From assembly GCA_004297165.1 (NCBI GenBank), contig SCUJ01000006.1:1648045-1712044 (forward strand): 64,000 nt of DNA. Direction: 5' to 3'. The notes under the pieces are model-generated. The model was not told the DNA's origin. It searched no databases and saw nothing but the letters and a program-made list of their open reading frames with translations. Both the position numbers and the translations under genes were made by a program. Positions 27,426 to 37,758 of the stretch are shown here, in pieces (the first letter of the stretch is position 1; each line of letters starts with the position of its first letter). The DNA is from Gammaproteobacteria bacterium (lineage in GTDB: Bacteria; Pseudomonadota; Gammaproteobacteria; Eutrophobiales; Eutrophobiaceae).

Positions 27426-30400
27426 TTAGTACGAGACTTTCAACCCTACAAAGAAGCGGCGACCCAGGGTGTCGTAGTAACCACCATTAAAACCACCCTG
27501 TGTATACAGACTGCGTCCGTTCGGGTTTATACAACCAGGCGCTCCGCCACAGACCGCCTGCAGAGAGGCAGAGTCAGGATATTGCTCAGGTGTATAACCC
27601 GCTGTGCTGCCGACATTTTCCGGTTCTGTATCGAGCAGGTTAGTTATACCTGCTCGAAACGTAAACGTCTCGTTGTAATTCCAGTTGGCTGCCAAATCGA
27701 AGATATTGTAACTGTCAGTCTCTATTTCCGTAGTTGGCGTGTAACCCAGCAGTAGACCCGGTGTACCTGCCGAAACAGCAGTATTATTCTCGATGATGGC
27801 CATCTGGGAAGCGTAACCAGCAGTCCAAACCGACGGCAGATGACGCCAGCGCATCGTTACACTCCAGTTGTCCAGGTTATAACTAAGCGCACCGAATATG
27901 CGATAGTCATAGGCCCCGGCGTTGGTTCCGGGCAGAGTCGGGCCCAAGGAGCCGGTCCAATCTGTTTCCACATCGAAGGATGCGACTGATTGCTTCGTGA
28001 TATATTCGTTCAAGATCGTCGTCTGCAGATTGAAACCCAAGCCACCTGGCACATTAATGCCAAGATCCTGGAGCTGAGCCGACCAGTTGAACGCGATATC
28101 AAAACCAGAGGTATCAATCGTGGCCAAATTATCGTAGATCAGCGTGGAAGTAAGACCTGATCCATTGCGTTGGTCGCGGGGAAGGTTTTGACAGGCTGGA
28201 GTACTAGCCTGCGCTGCCGCTTCTGCTGGTGTACTCACGATCGTGCCAAAGCATTGAAAGTTGGCATAATCGACTGACCGCGTCATGATGGCATTATTGA
28301 TTTCCACCATGTACCAGTCGAACGACAGCGTGATGCCTGAAAGCCATGGATTCTCCAACGGCGAGCTAACAACAAACCCGGCTGTCCAGGTGTCCGCCTT
28401 TTCAGGACTCAGGGCAGTGTTCCCTTCCTGCAGTACCCAGGCGAAACCACCTCCAGCCGCAGCAACGGCATCAAGTCCTGAACGATAGAAATAGTCAGCG
28501 CCAGCAGTACCCATCAAAGCTTCACAAATCAATTGAGAGCTATTCGCGCCTGCCAGTGTTTGACCAGGCGCCAGCGTCGGAGCCGTTTCACTGGGATTCG
28601 TCACAATCGGGTCAGTCGCAAGAGATGTTCCGCCGGCACCGAAGGGAGAATTACTGCGGATAGCGCATGGGTCACCGAAGTTACCACCAGCGCCGAATAC
28701 TTCCTGCTTGTTCAGGAATAATTCACCCAGGTTGGGCGACCGAGTGGCCTTGTTGAAGCCACCACGCAGGCGCAACCAGTCTTGTGCCTCCCAGTTGCCC
28801 AGGATCTTCCAAGTCCATGCCGTGTCACCCGTCTCTTCATAATCCGAATAGCGGGCGCCAGTTTCTATTTCGAATTTCTGCATGTATGGCAGATCCGCCA
28901 CCACCGGTATTAATGCCTCGACATAGAAATCGTCGGCCGTTGTGGTTTCATCCAGATATCCGGTGGGATAGACGCCTACCACTTGATCGGTGAAGGAATC
29001 TTCCGACTGAAGGATATCAGGATTGAACTTGCCATTAACATTGCGGTGCTGGAACCCAATCGCGGATCGAAGTTCGCCGGCCGGGAGGTCATACACCCCG
29101 CCCTGGAGGTTCACTTCCACGATATCCTGGGCCATTTCCGTGCGGGTTTGCAGAGTGGCATTGATGGCATTGAAGCAGTCTTCCGACAGCGGTTGATCGC
29201 CCCCAAAGTACGTATCGTAGAAACCTGAAGTACATTCGAAATCACCGACACCGAAGGCCGGTCGGATCGAATTTACTGTTTCGACTCCATTTTCGGAAAC
29301 TACGGTGTAAGTCTGGTTACCAGTACCAACTGCGCCACGACCATAGTCAGGCAGATTGGTCAGGGCACGGTAACGACTCAATGACAGGTTACCGCCAGCG
29401 ACGTTATAGGTGCTGGATTCGCCGTGGGAGAAATAGACTTCACCAGTCCAGTCGCGGAATGGCAACTCGAAATCCACGCCGCCTTCAACCTGCCAAGTCT
29501 GGATAGTGTTGTAGGTGTTACGTGGCGGCAGGCTGGTATCGGGATTCCACTGCGGTTGCCAACGTGCAGCCGGGCCGGTATTAGCAACAGGGGTACCTGC
29601 CAAAGCCGGGTCGCGTGTCACTACTGTGAAATCACCCTGGAACGGCAGCGGGCAGGCAAAGGTGCCATACAGACAGTACGTATGTACGTTCCTGCTGTTC
29701 AGCAACATGGCAAGTTGCGCCGGTACGGGATGCCCTGCGCCGGGACTCCCGGTCGGGATGAAGCCCGGATTTGCGTACGCTGCGGGGTTGGCCGCGACAA
29801 GCTGCATCAGAGCGACATCATCATAATTGAGCGTCGGGTCGATCGGACTGTCTGTCGTTGGATTATAAGGAACACTTGTTTCCCAACCACTGATGGCATT
29901 GGTACCGAACAAAATAGTGCTAGTCTTGCTTTCCGCATAGTTCACTTTAGCAAATACCGAGACCGTATCTGTTACATCAAAGTGGCTCGATGCAAAGGCA
30001 GAATAACGGTCTTGTGGCGCACTGGCGTAAGCCTTGGTGTTATTCCATTTAATTCCATCCATGGTTCTCAAACCGGCCGCATCACTGTTATCCAGAGCGG
30101 TACGGTGGGCATATTGCAAGCCATCGAAAGTGCCTTTGAATTTGGACTGACCCAAAGGTGTCTGGAACGGGAACCCGGCTGTCCAAATGGTGCCATCCGC
30201 ATTGAACTGTATATCAACGTAGGTTGGCATTTCACCTGTAGCAGGGGCGAAACCAGCGAAGAACGCGCTGGGATTCTGGCCACCGAACAAGCCCCTTAGA
30301 GCCGCATTGGATGGGCAATTGGGGTCACAACTGTACGCATTTGTACCCTGGATGAAAATGAAGGAACCTGCTGTATCCGGATCGGCCCAGTAGTCCTTGT

Positions 30401-31127
30401 AAATATCCCTTTCTATCTGCATGGCCTCTTTCCTTTCATAGCGCTCGAGACCAAGAGTTACGTTGCCGCGATCATCAGCAAAATTCGCCCCGAACAAGGC
30501 GGAGATACGGCTTTCCTCGCCGTCTCCTGCCTCCGATATACCGTACTGGCCATCGAACTCGAAGCCCTCGTAATCCTTCCGCAGAATAAAGTTGGTCACG
30601 CCACCCACCGCATCAGCACCATACACAGACGAGGCGCCGCCGGTGATTGTTTCCACACGCTGTATAAGAGCTGAGGGGACGCCGTTGATATCGGTTACCA
30701 TCAGGGCGTTGACCGGGACCGGCCGCTTACCGTCAACCAGGGCCAAACTGCGGTTAGGGCCGAAGCCGCGCAATGAGATGGAGGCGATACCCACTGAATT
30801 CACTGGTGTGATCTGCACATCGCCTTGGGTGGTAACCGGCGAGGCGGCCGGATTGTATTCCGGCAACTGGTTCAGGTAGGACTCAACATTCAGCCCGGTC
30901 TGCTGTTCGAATGCCTCGGACTCGATGGTCACGATCGGGCTGTTCGACACGTAGTCGCGGCGGACGATACGGCTACCGGTAACCGTAACCTCCTCCAATT
31001 CGCCTCCTGCTTGATCCTGCGCCTGGGCACCGCTGCCCAGGGAAAACAACGATAACGCGGATATCAGCGCCGGGCGCGGCAATAACCGGCTCAGACGGAG
31101 TGTGCGAAAGTACAAAGACCTTATCAT
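27426..31127 (-). CDS. Giant TonB-dependent receptor (about 1230 aa), tandem paralog B
   Basis: Signal peptide (…GSGAQAQDQ), TonB box EEVTVTGSRIV, plug and barrel; C-terminus …VGLKVSY. Confidence 0.85.
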   Translation of the reverse strand: MIRSLYFRTLRLSRLLPRPALISALSLFSLGSGAQAQDQAGGELEEVTVTGSRIVRRDYVSNSPIVTIESEAFEQQTGLNVESYLNQLPEYNPAASPVTTQGDVQITPVNSVGIASISLRGFGPNRSLALVDGKRPVPVNALMVTDINGVPSALIQRVETITGGASSVYGADAVGGVTNFILRKDYEGFEFDGQYGISEAGDGEESRISALFGANFADDRGNVTLGLERYERKEAMQIERDIYKDYWADPDTAGSFIFIQGTNAYSCDPNCPSNAALRGLFGGQNPSAFFAGFAPATGEMPTYVDIQFNADGTIWTAGFPFQTPLGQSKFKGTFDGLQYAHRTALDNSDAAGLRTMDGIKWNNTKAYASAPQDRYSAFASSHFDVTDTVSVFAKVNYAESKTSTILFGTNAISGWETSVPYNPTTDSPIDPTLNYDDVALMQLVAANPAAYANPGFIPTGSPGAGHPVPAQLAMLLNSRNVHTYCLYGTFACPLPFQGDFTVVTRDPALAGTPVANTGPAARWQPQWNPDTSLPPRNTYNTIQTWQVEGGVDFELPFRDWTGEVYFSHGESSTYNVAGGNLSLSRYRALTNLPDYGRGAVGTGNQTYTVVSENGVETVNSIRPAFGVGDFECTSGFYDTYFGGDQPLSEDCFNAINATLQTRTEMAQDIVEVNLQGGVYDLPAGELRSAIGFQHRNVNGKFNPDILQSEDSFTDQVVGVYPTGYLDETTTADDFYVEALIPVVADLPYMQKFEIETGARYSDYEETGDTAWTWKILGNWEAQDWLRLRGGFNKATRSPNLGELFLNKQEVFGAGGNFGDPCAIRSNSPFGAGGTSLATDPIVTNPSETAPTLAPGQTLAGANSSQLICEALMGTAGADYFYRSGLDAVAAAGGGFAWVLQEGNTALSPEKADTWTAGFVVSSPLENPWLSGITLSFDWYMVEINNAIMTRSVDYANFQCFGTIVSTPAEAAAQASTPACQNLPRDQRNGSGLTSTLIYDNLATIDTSGFDIAFNWSAQLQDLGINVPGGLGFNLQTTILNEYITKQSVASFDVETDWTGSLGPTLPGTNAGAYDYRIFGALSYNLDNWSVTMRWRHLPSVWTAGYASQMAIIENNTAVSAGTPGLLLGYTPTTEIETDSYNIFDLAANWNYNETFTFRAGITNLLDTEPENVGSTAGYTPEQYPDSASLQAVCGGAPGCINPNGRSLYTQGGFNGGYYDTLGRRFFVGLKVSY

Positions 31128-31323
31128 CTTGTTATCCCCCATGGGTTTGTAGGCAATTCGTGCAGGCTTCGCGTGGAAGCCGGACAACTGTGTTGTAATA
31201 TTATCCCGTCGGATATTACGAAATCAAGCATGTTGATACAACGTGTCTTAAAAACAACACGACATAACACATTGTTACTAGCGATTGTTGCTCAACTTCG
31301 ACCAGTGTGCCACTTTGAGAACA

Positions 31324-32478
31324 TCACCACCATAAATCCTTGGTGGCAAGCTTCGCCCCCGCGACCAGCGCCTCGAATTTGGCCCACATGACCTGGGGAT
31401 GCACACGGGCGATGCGTTGTGCCTGGGCAAAGCCGCAGTCGGCGCCGGCAATGACATTTTCCCGGCCAACAATCCGGGCGAAACGTACAATTCGATCGGC
31501 GACCACCTGGGGGTGTTCAACCGTCGTCGTGTGATGGGTGATGACGCCGGGAATAAGGATTTTCCCCTCCGGCAGCCGTACTTTCTCCCAGACCCGCCAC
31601 TCATGTTCATGTCGGGGATTCGCGGCCTCGATCGAATAGGCCCCGGCCCTAACCTGCAGGATCAATCGCGCCATCTCCGAGAGCGGGGCGTCTGACACGT
31701 GCGGGACATGCCAACTGCCGAAGCAGATATGGTAGCGAATACGATCTTCAGGGATTCCGGACAAGGCGTGATTAAGAGCCTCCACACGCAATTCTGCCCA
31801 TTGCCGGTATTTGTCCGGGCTCTGTTGCACGAGATGATCGTACATATTGGCGAGTACGGCATCGTCCACCTGTACCAGCAGACCGGCGGCATGAATCTGA
31901 AGATATTCCTCCCGCAGGGCCTCGGCCAAGGCATGTATATATTCCCGCTCCGTGGCGTAATGCTCATTTACCCCGTTAAATGCGGCGCTGGCAGGCGCAA
32001 CCGTGGTGAGAAAGGCCTCCGTGACAATTACTTTGGTTAATGCCTTTTTGAATAACTCGATATTTGTGGCGATAGAGCGCTGGTCCACATAACGAATGGG
32101 TCCGGTGCAGGCATCGACGGGCAACCCTTCTACGCCCACGGGCATTTCGAGGGCGAAAAATTCTTTGAAGCGTTCCCGATCCCTGCCCAGCCAGTCGGCG
32201 GGGATCTTTTGTTGCGGCCGGTTTTCGAACCCGCTGATACGCTCCAGGATGTAATTGGCCCAACTGGATTTACCGAATTCACCATCGTTGACGATATCGA
32301 TGCCGATCTCGACCTGACGCTTGACCACATCGTCGATTGCCATCTGCATGGTGGACCGGTAATTCGCATCTTCCAGCGGCGGCTTGCCGGTGTATGCCTT
32401 GGTGAAAGAAACCAGGGATTCCGGCCGGATCAGGCTGCCGACATGAGTGGTGAGAATTCGATCTGTACTACGTTTCAT
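31324..32478 (-). CDS. Cobalamin-independent methionine synthase (MetE C-terminal/UROD-like) family Zn methyltransferase
   Basis: 384 aa; His-x-Cys (IRYHICFGSWH) and downstream Cys (GADCGFAQ) Zn-ligand pattern typical of MetE-like enzymes. Confidence 0.75.
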   Translation of the reverse strand: MKRSTDRILTTHVGSLIRPESLVSFTKAYTGKPPLEDANYRSTMQMAIDDVVKRQVEIGIDIVNDGEFGKSSWANYILERISGFENRPQQKIPADWLGRDRERFKEFFALEMPVGVEGLPVDACTGPIRYVDQRSIATNIELFKKALTKVIVTEAFLTTVAPASAAFNGVNEHYATEREYIHALAEALREEYLQIHAAGLLVQVDDAVLANMYDHLVQQSPDKYRQWAELRVEALNHALSGIPEDRIRYHICFGSWHVPHVSDAPLSEMARLILQVRAGAYSIEAANPRHEHEWRVWEKVRLPEGKILIPGVITHHTTTVEHPQVVADRIVRFARIVGRENVIAGADCGFAQAQRIARVHPQVMWAKFEALVAGAKLATKDLWW

Positions 32479-32503
32479 CTGAATTTATTTCCCTGGATAG
32501 CGG

Positions 32504-33613
32504 TTAACGAAAACTGTCGGCGACCTGTTTATGGACCTCCATGAGCTTAGGGATGGTATCCACCTGCCTGCGCCCCCAACCACACTCCGTAGCGATCCCG
32601 AATCCACCCTGATAATGACGGCGGAAGGACTCCAGGCGTTTCAACGTTCCCGGCACGCCGTCCGTGAGATGAACGAGGCCGATATAGAGTTTGGTGGACC
32701 CTACCGCCAGATCGCGCAACGGTTCGAAATAGGCATCGTCGCTGCGATTCCTCGGGACCGGCATGTGCACATAATCGAAGCGCCTTCCGGCATGTTTAAC
32801 CGCCAGATTCGCCATGCGCACCGCCACGCCCAGGTCTTTTGGTTCTATCAGATGGGAATGTTCCAGATCGCCGTAGCATAAATGCATGCCGAGCGTTACC
32901 TCGGAAGGAATCCCCGGCGACAACTCCGCGAGATAGGCGGCATAGCGCTCATAGGGATCGCCCTCTGCCTTCCAGGCGAGAGGTTCCCGGCCCAGATAAT
33001 CGCCGGTATCGCACGCGAAAACCTCCCAGCAGACATCCCACTGGATGGACAGATCCGTAGCCGGGATCGCGCGCAGCAGTATGGCGACCTCCCTTTTCAA
33101 GACGTCGACGATCGCCTGTGTCATGATCCTAAAATCCCGTTTGTCCCCCGTGCACCAGCGAGTGAAATCCTCGGGAAATGGGAAATTCACCTGATAGCGG
33201 GTATGCCGGGGGATGATGCCGGCATCCCGCAAATTGCGGAAAGTCGCATAACACTCGATGGCGAAATCGGCGTAATGAATGGTATCGAATTGAATCTTGT
33301 CGACGCTGTCCTTGACCTTGCAACGCCACATCTCTTCCCAACTCGTGGGGAGCCAGTCGGGGATATCCTTCTTGAAGACTGTTTTGTCGCGATTCGGTTT
33401 GGGTTTGTTGGTGATGATAATCCCGGGATTGGGTTCGTAGACATGCGGGGCATTAAACACCACCCACATGTTCCGATAGCCGGGTTCGCCGTGGGAGAGA
33501 CCGGCGAGTCGATCGCCCAGCGCCGGGGCGAGCAATCTGAAGGTGTCTTCCGCCGTGGCGCACGGCACGCTGCCCACCATTAAAACGGATCTATCCCGCA
33601 TATAATCATTCAT
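32504..33613 (-). CDS. Second MetE-like/UROD-like putative methyltransferase (paralogous fold)
   Basis: 369 aa; MHLCYGDLEH and ATECGWG motifs mirror the Zn-ligand pattern of the neighbour. Confidence 0.55.
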   Translation of the reverse strand: MNDYMRDRSVLMVGSVPCATAEDTFRLLAPALGDRLAGLSHGEPGYRNMWVVFNAPHVYEPNPGIIITNKPKPNRDKTVFKKDIPDWLPTSWEEMWRCKVKDSVDKIQFDTIHYADFAIECYATFRNLRDAGIIPRHTRYQVNFPFPEDFTRWCTGDKRDFRIMTQAIVDVLKREVAILLRAIPATDLSIQWDVCWEVFACDTGDYLGREPLAWKAEGDPYERYAAYLAELSPGIPSEVTLGMHLCYGDLEHSHLIEPKDLGVAVRMANLAVKHAGRRFDYVHMPVPRNRSDDAYFEPLRDLAVGSTKLYIGLVHLTDGVPGTLKRLESFRRHYQGGFGIATECGWGRRQVDTIPKLMEVHKQVADSFR

Positions 33614-33844
33614 GAACGATTCCTCATCTCAAAGCCGGAACGAAATCCGGCGTAAAGGGCTCGCCTCACCAGGCGGCCCTTCCAAAAGACCTCTACACCG
33701 ATTGCCGGTTTAACATGAAATACCTGGCCTGGCAACAATGCCTCCTTGGCCTTATTTGTGATGACAAAACCTCACTTATACTTGGTATATATTTAGTTGT
33801 ACCTTAACAATACCTTTACCACTCCAACTACAGGAGTTTCAGAG

Positions 33845-35239
33845 ATGAGCAAGAAGAGTCTGGAAGAGTTGTTAAAATCGTTCGGCAACCCGGTGCAGAT
33901 GCTGCGCAATTCCAAGACCGGCCCCAATGTCTACCCTGGCGTACCGCCGGAATTCACCAACTGGCGCGATGAACAGTCGGCCTGGCAGAAGACCTGCGTC
34001 CTCTTCAACCAGTCCTATCACATGGCCGATCTCGCGGTGGAAGGACCGGACGCGCTCAAACTGTTGAGCCATCTCGGGGTAAACACCTTCGCCAATTTCA
34101 GCATCGACAAGGCCAAGCAGTTTGTGCCGTGCAGTTATGACGGCCATATCATCGGCGATGTCATCCTCTTCTACCTTGCCGATAAGAAATTCAACCTGGT
34201 TGGGCGCATCCCCGTACTGAACTGGGTCATGTTCCATGCGGCAACCGGCGGGTATGACGTCAAGGTGGAACTGGACGAGCGCTCCGCCGCCCGGCCCGAC
34301 CCCTTCAACCGCAAGTCCTACCGCTTCCAGATCCAGGGCCCCAACGCCATGAAGACGATTGAAAAGGTCACCGGGAAGAAACCGCCGGAACTGAAATTCT
34401 TCAACATGTGCGGCATGAGCATCGCCGGAAAACAGGTCCGCGCCTTACGCCATGGCATGGCCGGGCAACCCGGATTCGAGCTGTTCGGTCCCTGGGCGGA
34501 TGGCGAGGCGGTGCGGGAGGCCCTGGTCAAGGCCGGCGAGGAATTCGGCCTGCGCCAGGTGGGCGGACGCGCCTATTCCTCCAACACCCTGGAATCCGGC
34601 TGGATCCCTTCTCCGCTTCCCGCCATCTATTCAGGCGCGAAAATGAAACCCTACCGGGAATGGCTCACGGAAGACAGCTACGAGGCCAGGGCCTCGATCG
34701 GCGGCAGTTTCAACTCGGCGAAAATCGAGGATTATTATCTGACACCCTGGGACGTGGGATACGGGCCGTTCGTGAAGTTCGACCACGAGTTCATCGGCCG
34801 GGAGGCGCTCGAACAGATGGCGAAACACCCGCTGCGAACCAAGGTCACGCTGGCGCTAGACAGCGCGGATGTCACCCGCGCCATCAGCAGCCAACTGGAC
34901 AAGGGCGACCGGGCGAAATTCATCGAGTTTCCCTCCGCCGTGTATTCCATGCATCCCTATGACAAGGTCACGGTCAAGGGCAAGACCGTCGGCGTTTCCA
35001 CCTGGATCGGCTACAGTTCCAACGAGCGCAGGATGCTGACGCTCGCCATCCTCGATAATGAATACGCCAAGCCCGGCACGGATGTGACCCTGGTGTGGGG
35101 CGAGGAAGGCGGCGGCACCGCGAAGCCCACCGTGGAGCCGCATGTCCAGACCGAGATCAGGGCGACAGTCAGCCCGGTGCCTTATTCGGAGGTCGCGCGG
35201 AAGGAGTATGCTGAGGGTTGGCGCACAGGGAAATTCTAA
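33845..35239 (+). CDS. Aminomethyltransferase (GcvT) family protein, tetrahydrofolate-dependent demethylase-like (LigM/DmdA-type)
   Basis: 464 aa, RBS aggag; GcvT-family architecture and size closer to LigM-type aryl-O-demethylases than to GcvT. Confidence 0.75.
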   Translation: MSKKSLEELLKSFGNPVQMLRNSKTGPNVYPGVPPEFTNWRDEQSAWQKTCVLFNQSYHMADLAVEGPDALKLLSHLGVNTFANFSIDKAKQFVPCSYDGHIIGDVILFYLADKKFNLVGRIPVLNWVMFHAATGGYDVKVELDERSAARPDPFNRKSYRFQIQGPNAMKTIEKVTGKKPPELKFFNMCGMSIAGKQVRALRHGMAGQPGFELFGPWADGEAVREALVKAGEEFGLRQVGGRAYSSNTLESGWIPSPLPAIYSGAKMKPYREWLTEDSYEARASIGGSFNSAKIEDYYLTPWDVGYGPFVKFDHEFIGREALEQMAKHPLRTKVTLALDSADVTRAISSQLDKGDRAKFIEFPSAVYSMHPYDKVTVKGKTVGVSTWIGYSSNERRMLTLAILDNEYAKPGTDVTLVWGEEGGGTAKPTVEPHVQTEIRATVSPVPYSEVARKEYAEGWRTGKF

Positions 35240-35401
35240 CAGGCAGTTGAATCACTGCTGCGCTAGGCATTACTGCGTTGCGAGCGTGCTCGAAATCCTC
35301 ATTTACCACAGTGTAAACTACGGTTTCTCGCACGCTTGCGCCTTGTCCTGCCGTCGCTCGCGACGTGTTTCAACAGCCTGTTAAGCAAATCTTACGGCAT
35401 T

Positions 35402-36103
35402 CTATCCCGTAAGCCATTCTTGCAGGGCGCGGGAAACTTCTTCCGGCCTCTCCATCGTCACCATATGCCCGGCGTGCTCGATGATGACCAGGTCCGAGTT
35501 CCTGATCTCAGCGGCCATGGCCGCATGCTGCTCCGGCGGCGACCATTCATCCTCCCGACCGCATAATAACAATGTAGGACAGGCGATCATGCGCGGCACT
35601 ATCGTGGCATCCGGACGTTGCAGCAGCGCGTGGATCTGGCCTTCGAATTCCGCAACGGTGGTGCGGGTGATCATCCGTTCGATCGCATCGAGCAACTTCC
35701 GGTCATTCCGGCGATCCGGATGCACCATGGTTGGGATCCAGGCCGCTGCGACCGCTGGCATGCCCTGCCTGGCGGCGATATCCAGGTAGACCTGCCTTTT
35801 GGCCGGTTCCCCAGCCCCGGCTGGGTGTACGCCGGTATCCAGCAATGCGAGCCGCGTGACGCGCTCGGGCGCCAGGCGATAAACCTCCAGCGCCACCCGT
35901 CCGCCCATGGAATGTCCCGCCACGGCGAATTGCGTCGGCGCCAGCGCCAATGACTTCCGCGCCATCTCCACCAGGGAATCGAGGCCGCGAAATTCCGGCA
36001 CGATGATGTCCGCGATATCCCTCAGTGAATCGATCTGGCGCCGCCAGACATCGGCATCGCACATGAGGCCGGGCAAGAGCAATAACGGGATCTTTTTGGG
36101 CAT
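35402..36103 (-). CDS. Alpha/beta hydrolase fold protein
   Basis: GHSMGG nucleophile elbow, catalytic His near C-terminus. Confidence 0.8.
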   Translation of the reverse strand: MPKKIPLLLLPGLMCDADVWRRQIDSLRDIADIIVPEFRGLDSLVEMARKSLALAPTQFAVAGHSMGGRVALEVYRLAPERVTRLALLDTGVHPAGAGEPAKRQVYLDIAARQGMPAVAAAWIPTMVHPDRRNDRKLLDAIERMITRTTVAEFEGQIHALLQRPDATIVPRMIACPTLLLCGREDEWSPPEQHAAMAAEIRNSDLVIIEHAGHMVTMERPEEVSRALQEWLTG

Positions 36104-36106
36104 GAT

Positions 36107-36985
36107 TTACTTGGGATCCGTCTCCATGGGCAATGCGGGATCCTGCGTCCATTCGGAGAGCGAGCCGTCGTAGACCGCGACATTCTTCACGCCGAGCAGG
36201 GTTAGGGCCAGCGCATCGCTGCTGGCCGCGATGCCGCCGCCGCAATAAGTGATCACCCGTTTCGCCGCAAAAGCCCCAGTAGCAGCAAAGCGGTCGCGTA
36301 ATGCCTCGGGTTGCAGATACTCACCGGACTTTTCATCCACCAGCCACTGACAGTAGACATTGCGGCTGCCGGGGATCCGTCCGGCCCTCGGCAGGTTGTT
36401 CAATTTTCCGCTGAAGGACTCCGGCGACAGGGCGTTGATCAGGCAGGTATCCGAATTGGCGATCGAACTCAGGACTTCCCGTCGATCCGCCATCAATCCG
36501 GAGCGCGGCCGGCAGGTGAATCTTTCCGGAGGGTAACGCTCCTCTGCATCACTGACCGGCAATCGCTCCGTCAACCATTTCCGCCACCCCCCGTTCAATA
36601 CGGCGGCATCATCGAATCCGCAGACCCGCAACATCCACCATACCCTCGCGGCCCAGGCGTGATTGCTGCGGTCATACAATACAACCTTCGTTCCGTCTCC
36701 CACCCCCAATTCGGCCATCAGGCGGCTGAACTCCTCGATTGGCGGCATCATCAGTGGGATCGCCTGATTAGGATCGCTTAACTCTTCCAGGACATCGACG
36801 TGGATACTGCCGGGGATATGGCTATGCCGCCACTCACCGCTGCCGCTGGCGAATGAATAGCTGCCATCCTCATGATGTTGTGTGACGACGCCGCAATCCA
36901 GGATTCGGATATTGGGCTCGCCGAGATGGTGCGCGAGCCAGGCGGTATTCACCAGAGGTGGAGTAAAACCTTCAATTCCGGTCAT
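36107..36985 (-). CDS. sseA: 3-mercaptopyruvate/thiosulfate sulfurtransferase (tandem rhodanese domains)
   Basis: 292 aa; two rhodanese domains, active-site Cys in CGGGIAASS-like loop. Confidence 0.85.
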   Translation of the reverse strand: MTGIEGFTPPLVNTAWLAHHLGEPNIRILDCGVVTQHHEDGSYSFASGSGEWRHSHIPGSIHVDVLEELSDPNQAIPLMMPPIEEFSRLMAELGVGDGTKVVLYDRSNHAWAARVWWMLRVCGFDDAAVLNGGWRKWLTERLPVSDAEERYPPERFTCRPRSGLMADRREVLSSIANSDTCLINALSPESFSGKLNNLPRAGRIPGSRNVYCQWLVDEKSGEYLQPEALRDRFAATGAFAAKRVITYCGGGIAASSDALALTLLGVKNVAVYDGSLSEWTQDPALPMETDPK

Positions 36986-37200
36986 GTGCAGTTACCGCTT
37001 TGATCGATACGAGGTTGATGCCTTCGATAATTACTTAAACCCGTCGCGCCTGCAACCCTCATTATTATTGCGACCATAAGCCATGCTGGCGCATCTTGAA
37101 AAATAACCGGCGAATCCTTATTTAACTCTCTGCCGTGAGTCTCAAGCAGATCGCGGCATGACATTACTTATCATTTAATCGCTCAACTGGAGGATTGGAA

Positions 37201-37653
37201 ATGAATACCATCGATTTGACCCCCTTGTACCGCAGCACGATTGGCTTTGACCGCTTCTCGTCCCTGTTGGATAACGCCTTGCGTACCGATCAAGGCCATA
37301 CCGGCTACCCGCCTTACAACATCGAGGTGACCGGGGAAGATGAATACCTGATATCGCTAGCCGTGGCGGGTTTCGAACTCAACGAACTCGAGATCCAGGT
37401 CGAGCGCGATGTGCTGACCATCAAAGGCCGGAAGGCCGTCGAGACGAAAGGGCGCCGCTACCTGCACCAGGGTATTGCGAACCGCTCCTTCGAACGCAAG
37501 TTCAACCTGGCGGACCATGTCAAGGTAACCGGGGCATCCCTGAATAACGGACTACTCAATGTTCATCTGGCGCGGGAGATCCCCGAGTCGATGAAGCCCA
37601 GGACTATTGCCATAAACAGCACGGGTCCGCGCGTTGTGGATCAGGCGGCCTGA
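37201..37653 (+). CDS. ibpA: Small heat-shock protein (Hsp20/IbpA family)
   Basis: N-terminus MNTIDLTPLYRSTIGFDRF matches IbpA-like start; alpha-crystallin domain. Confidence 0.85.
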   Translation: MNTIDLTPLYRSTIGFDRFSSLLDNALRTDQGHTGYPPYNIEVTGEDEYLISLAVAGFELNELEIQVERDVLTIKGRKAVETKGRRYLHQGIANRSFERKFNLADHVKVTGASLNNGLLNVHLAREIPESMKPRTIAINSTGPRVVDQAA

Positions 37654-37758
37654 AGAGCAATCCGATGTAACCGGGTGGCGGCGCTGCCGCCACACCGGTG
37701 TTTTAATTGTGGTATAACTATCATGCAATCGATAATCCCGAACAGGAGTAGAACCCCG

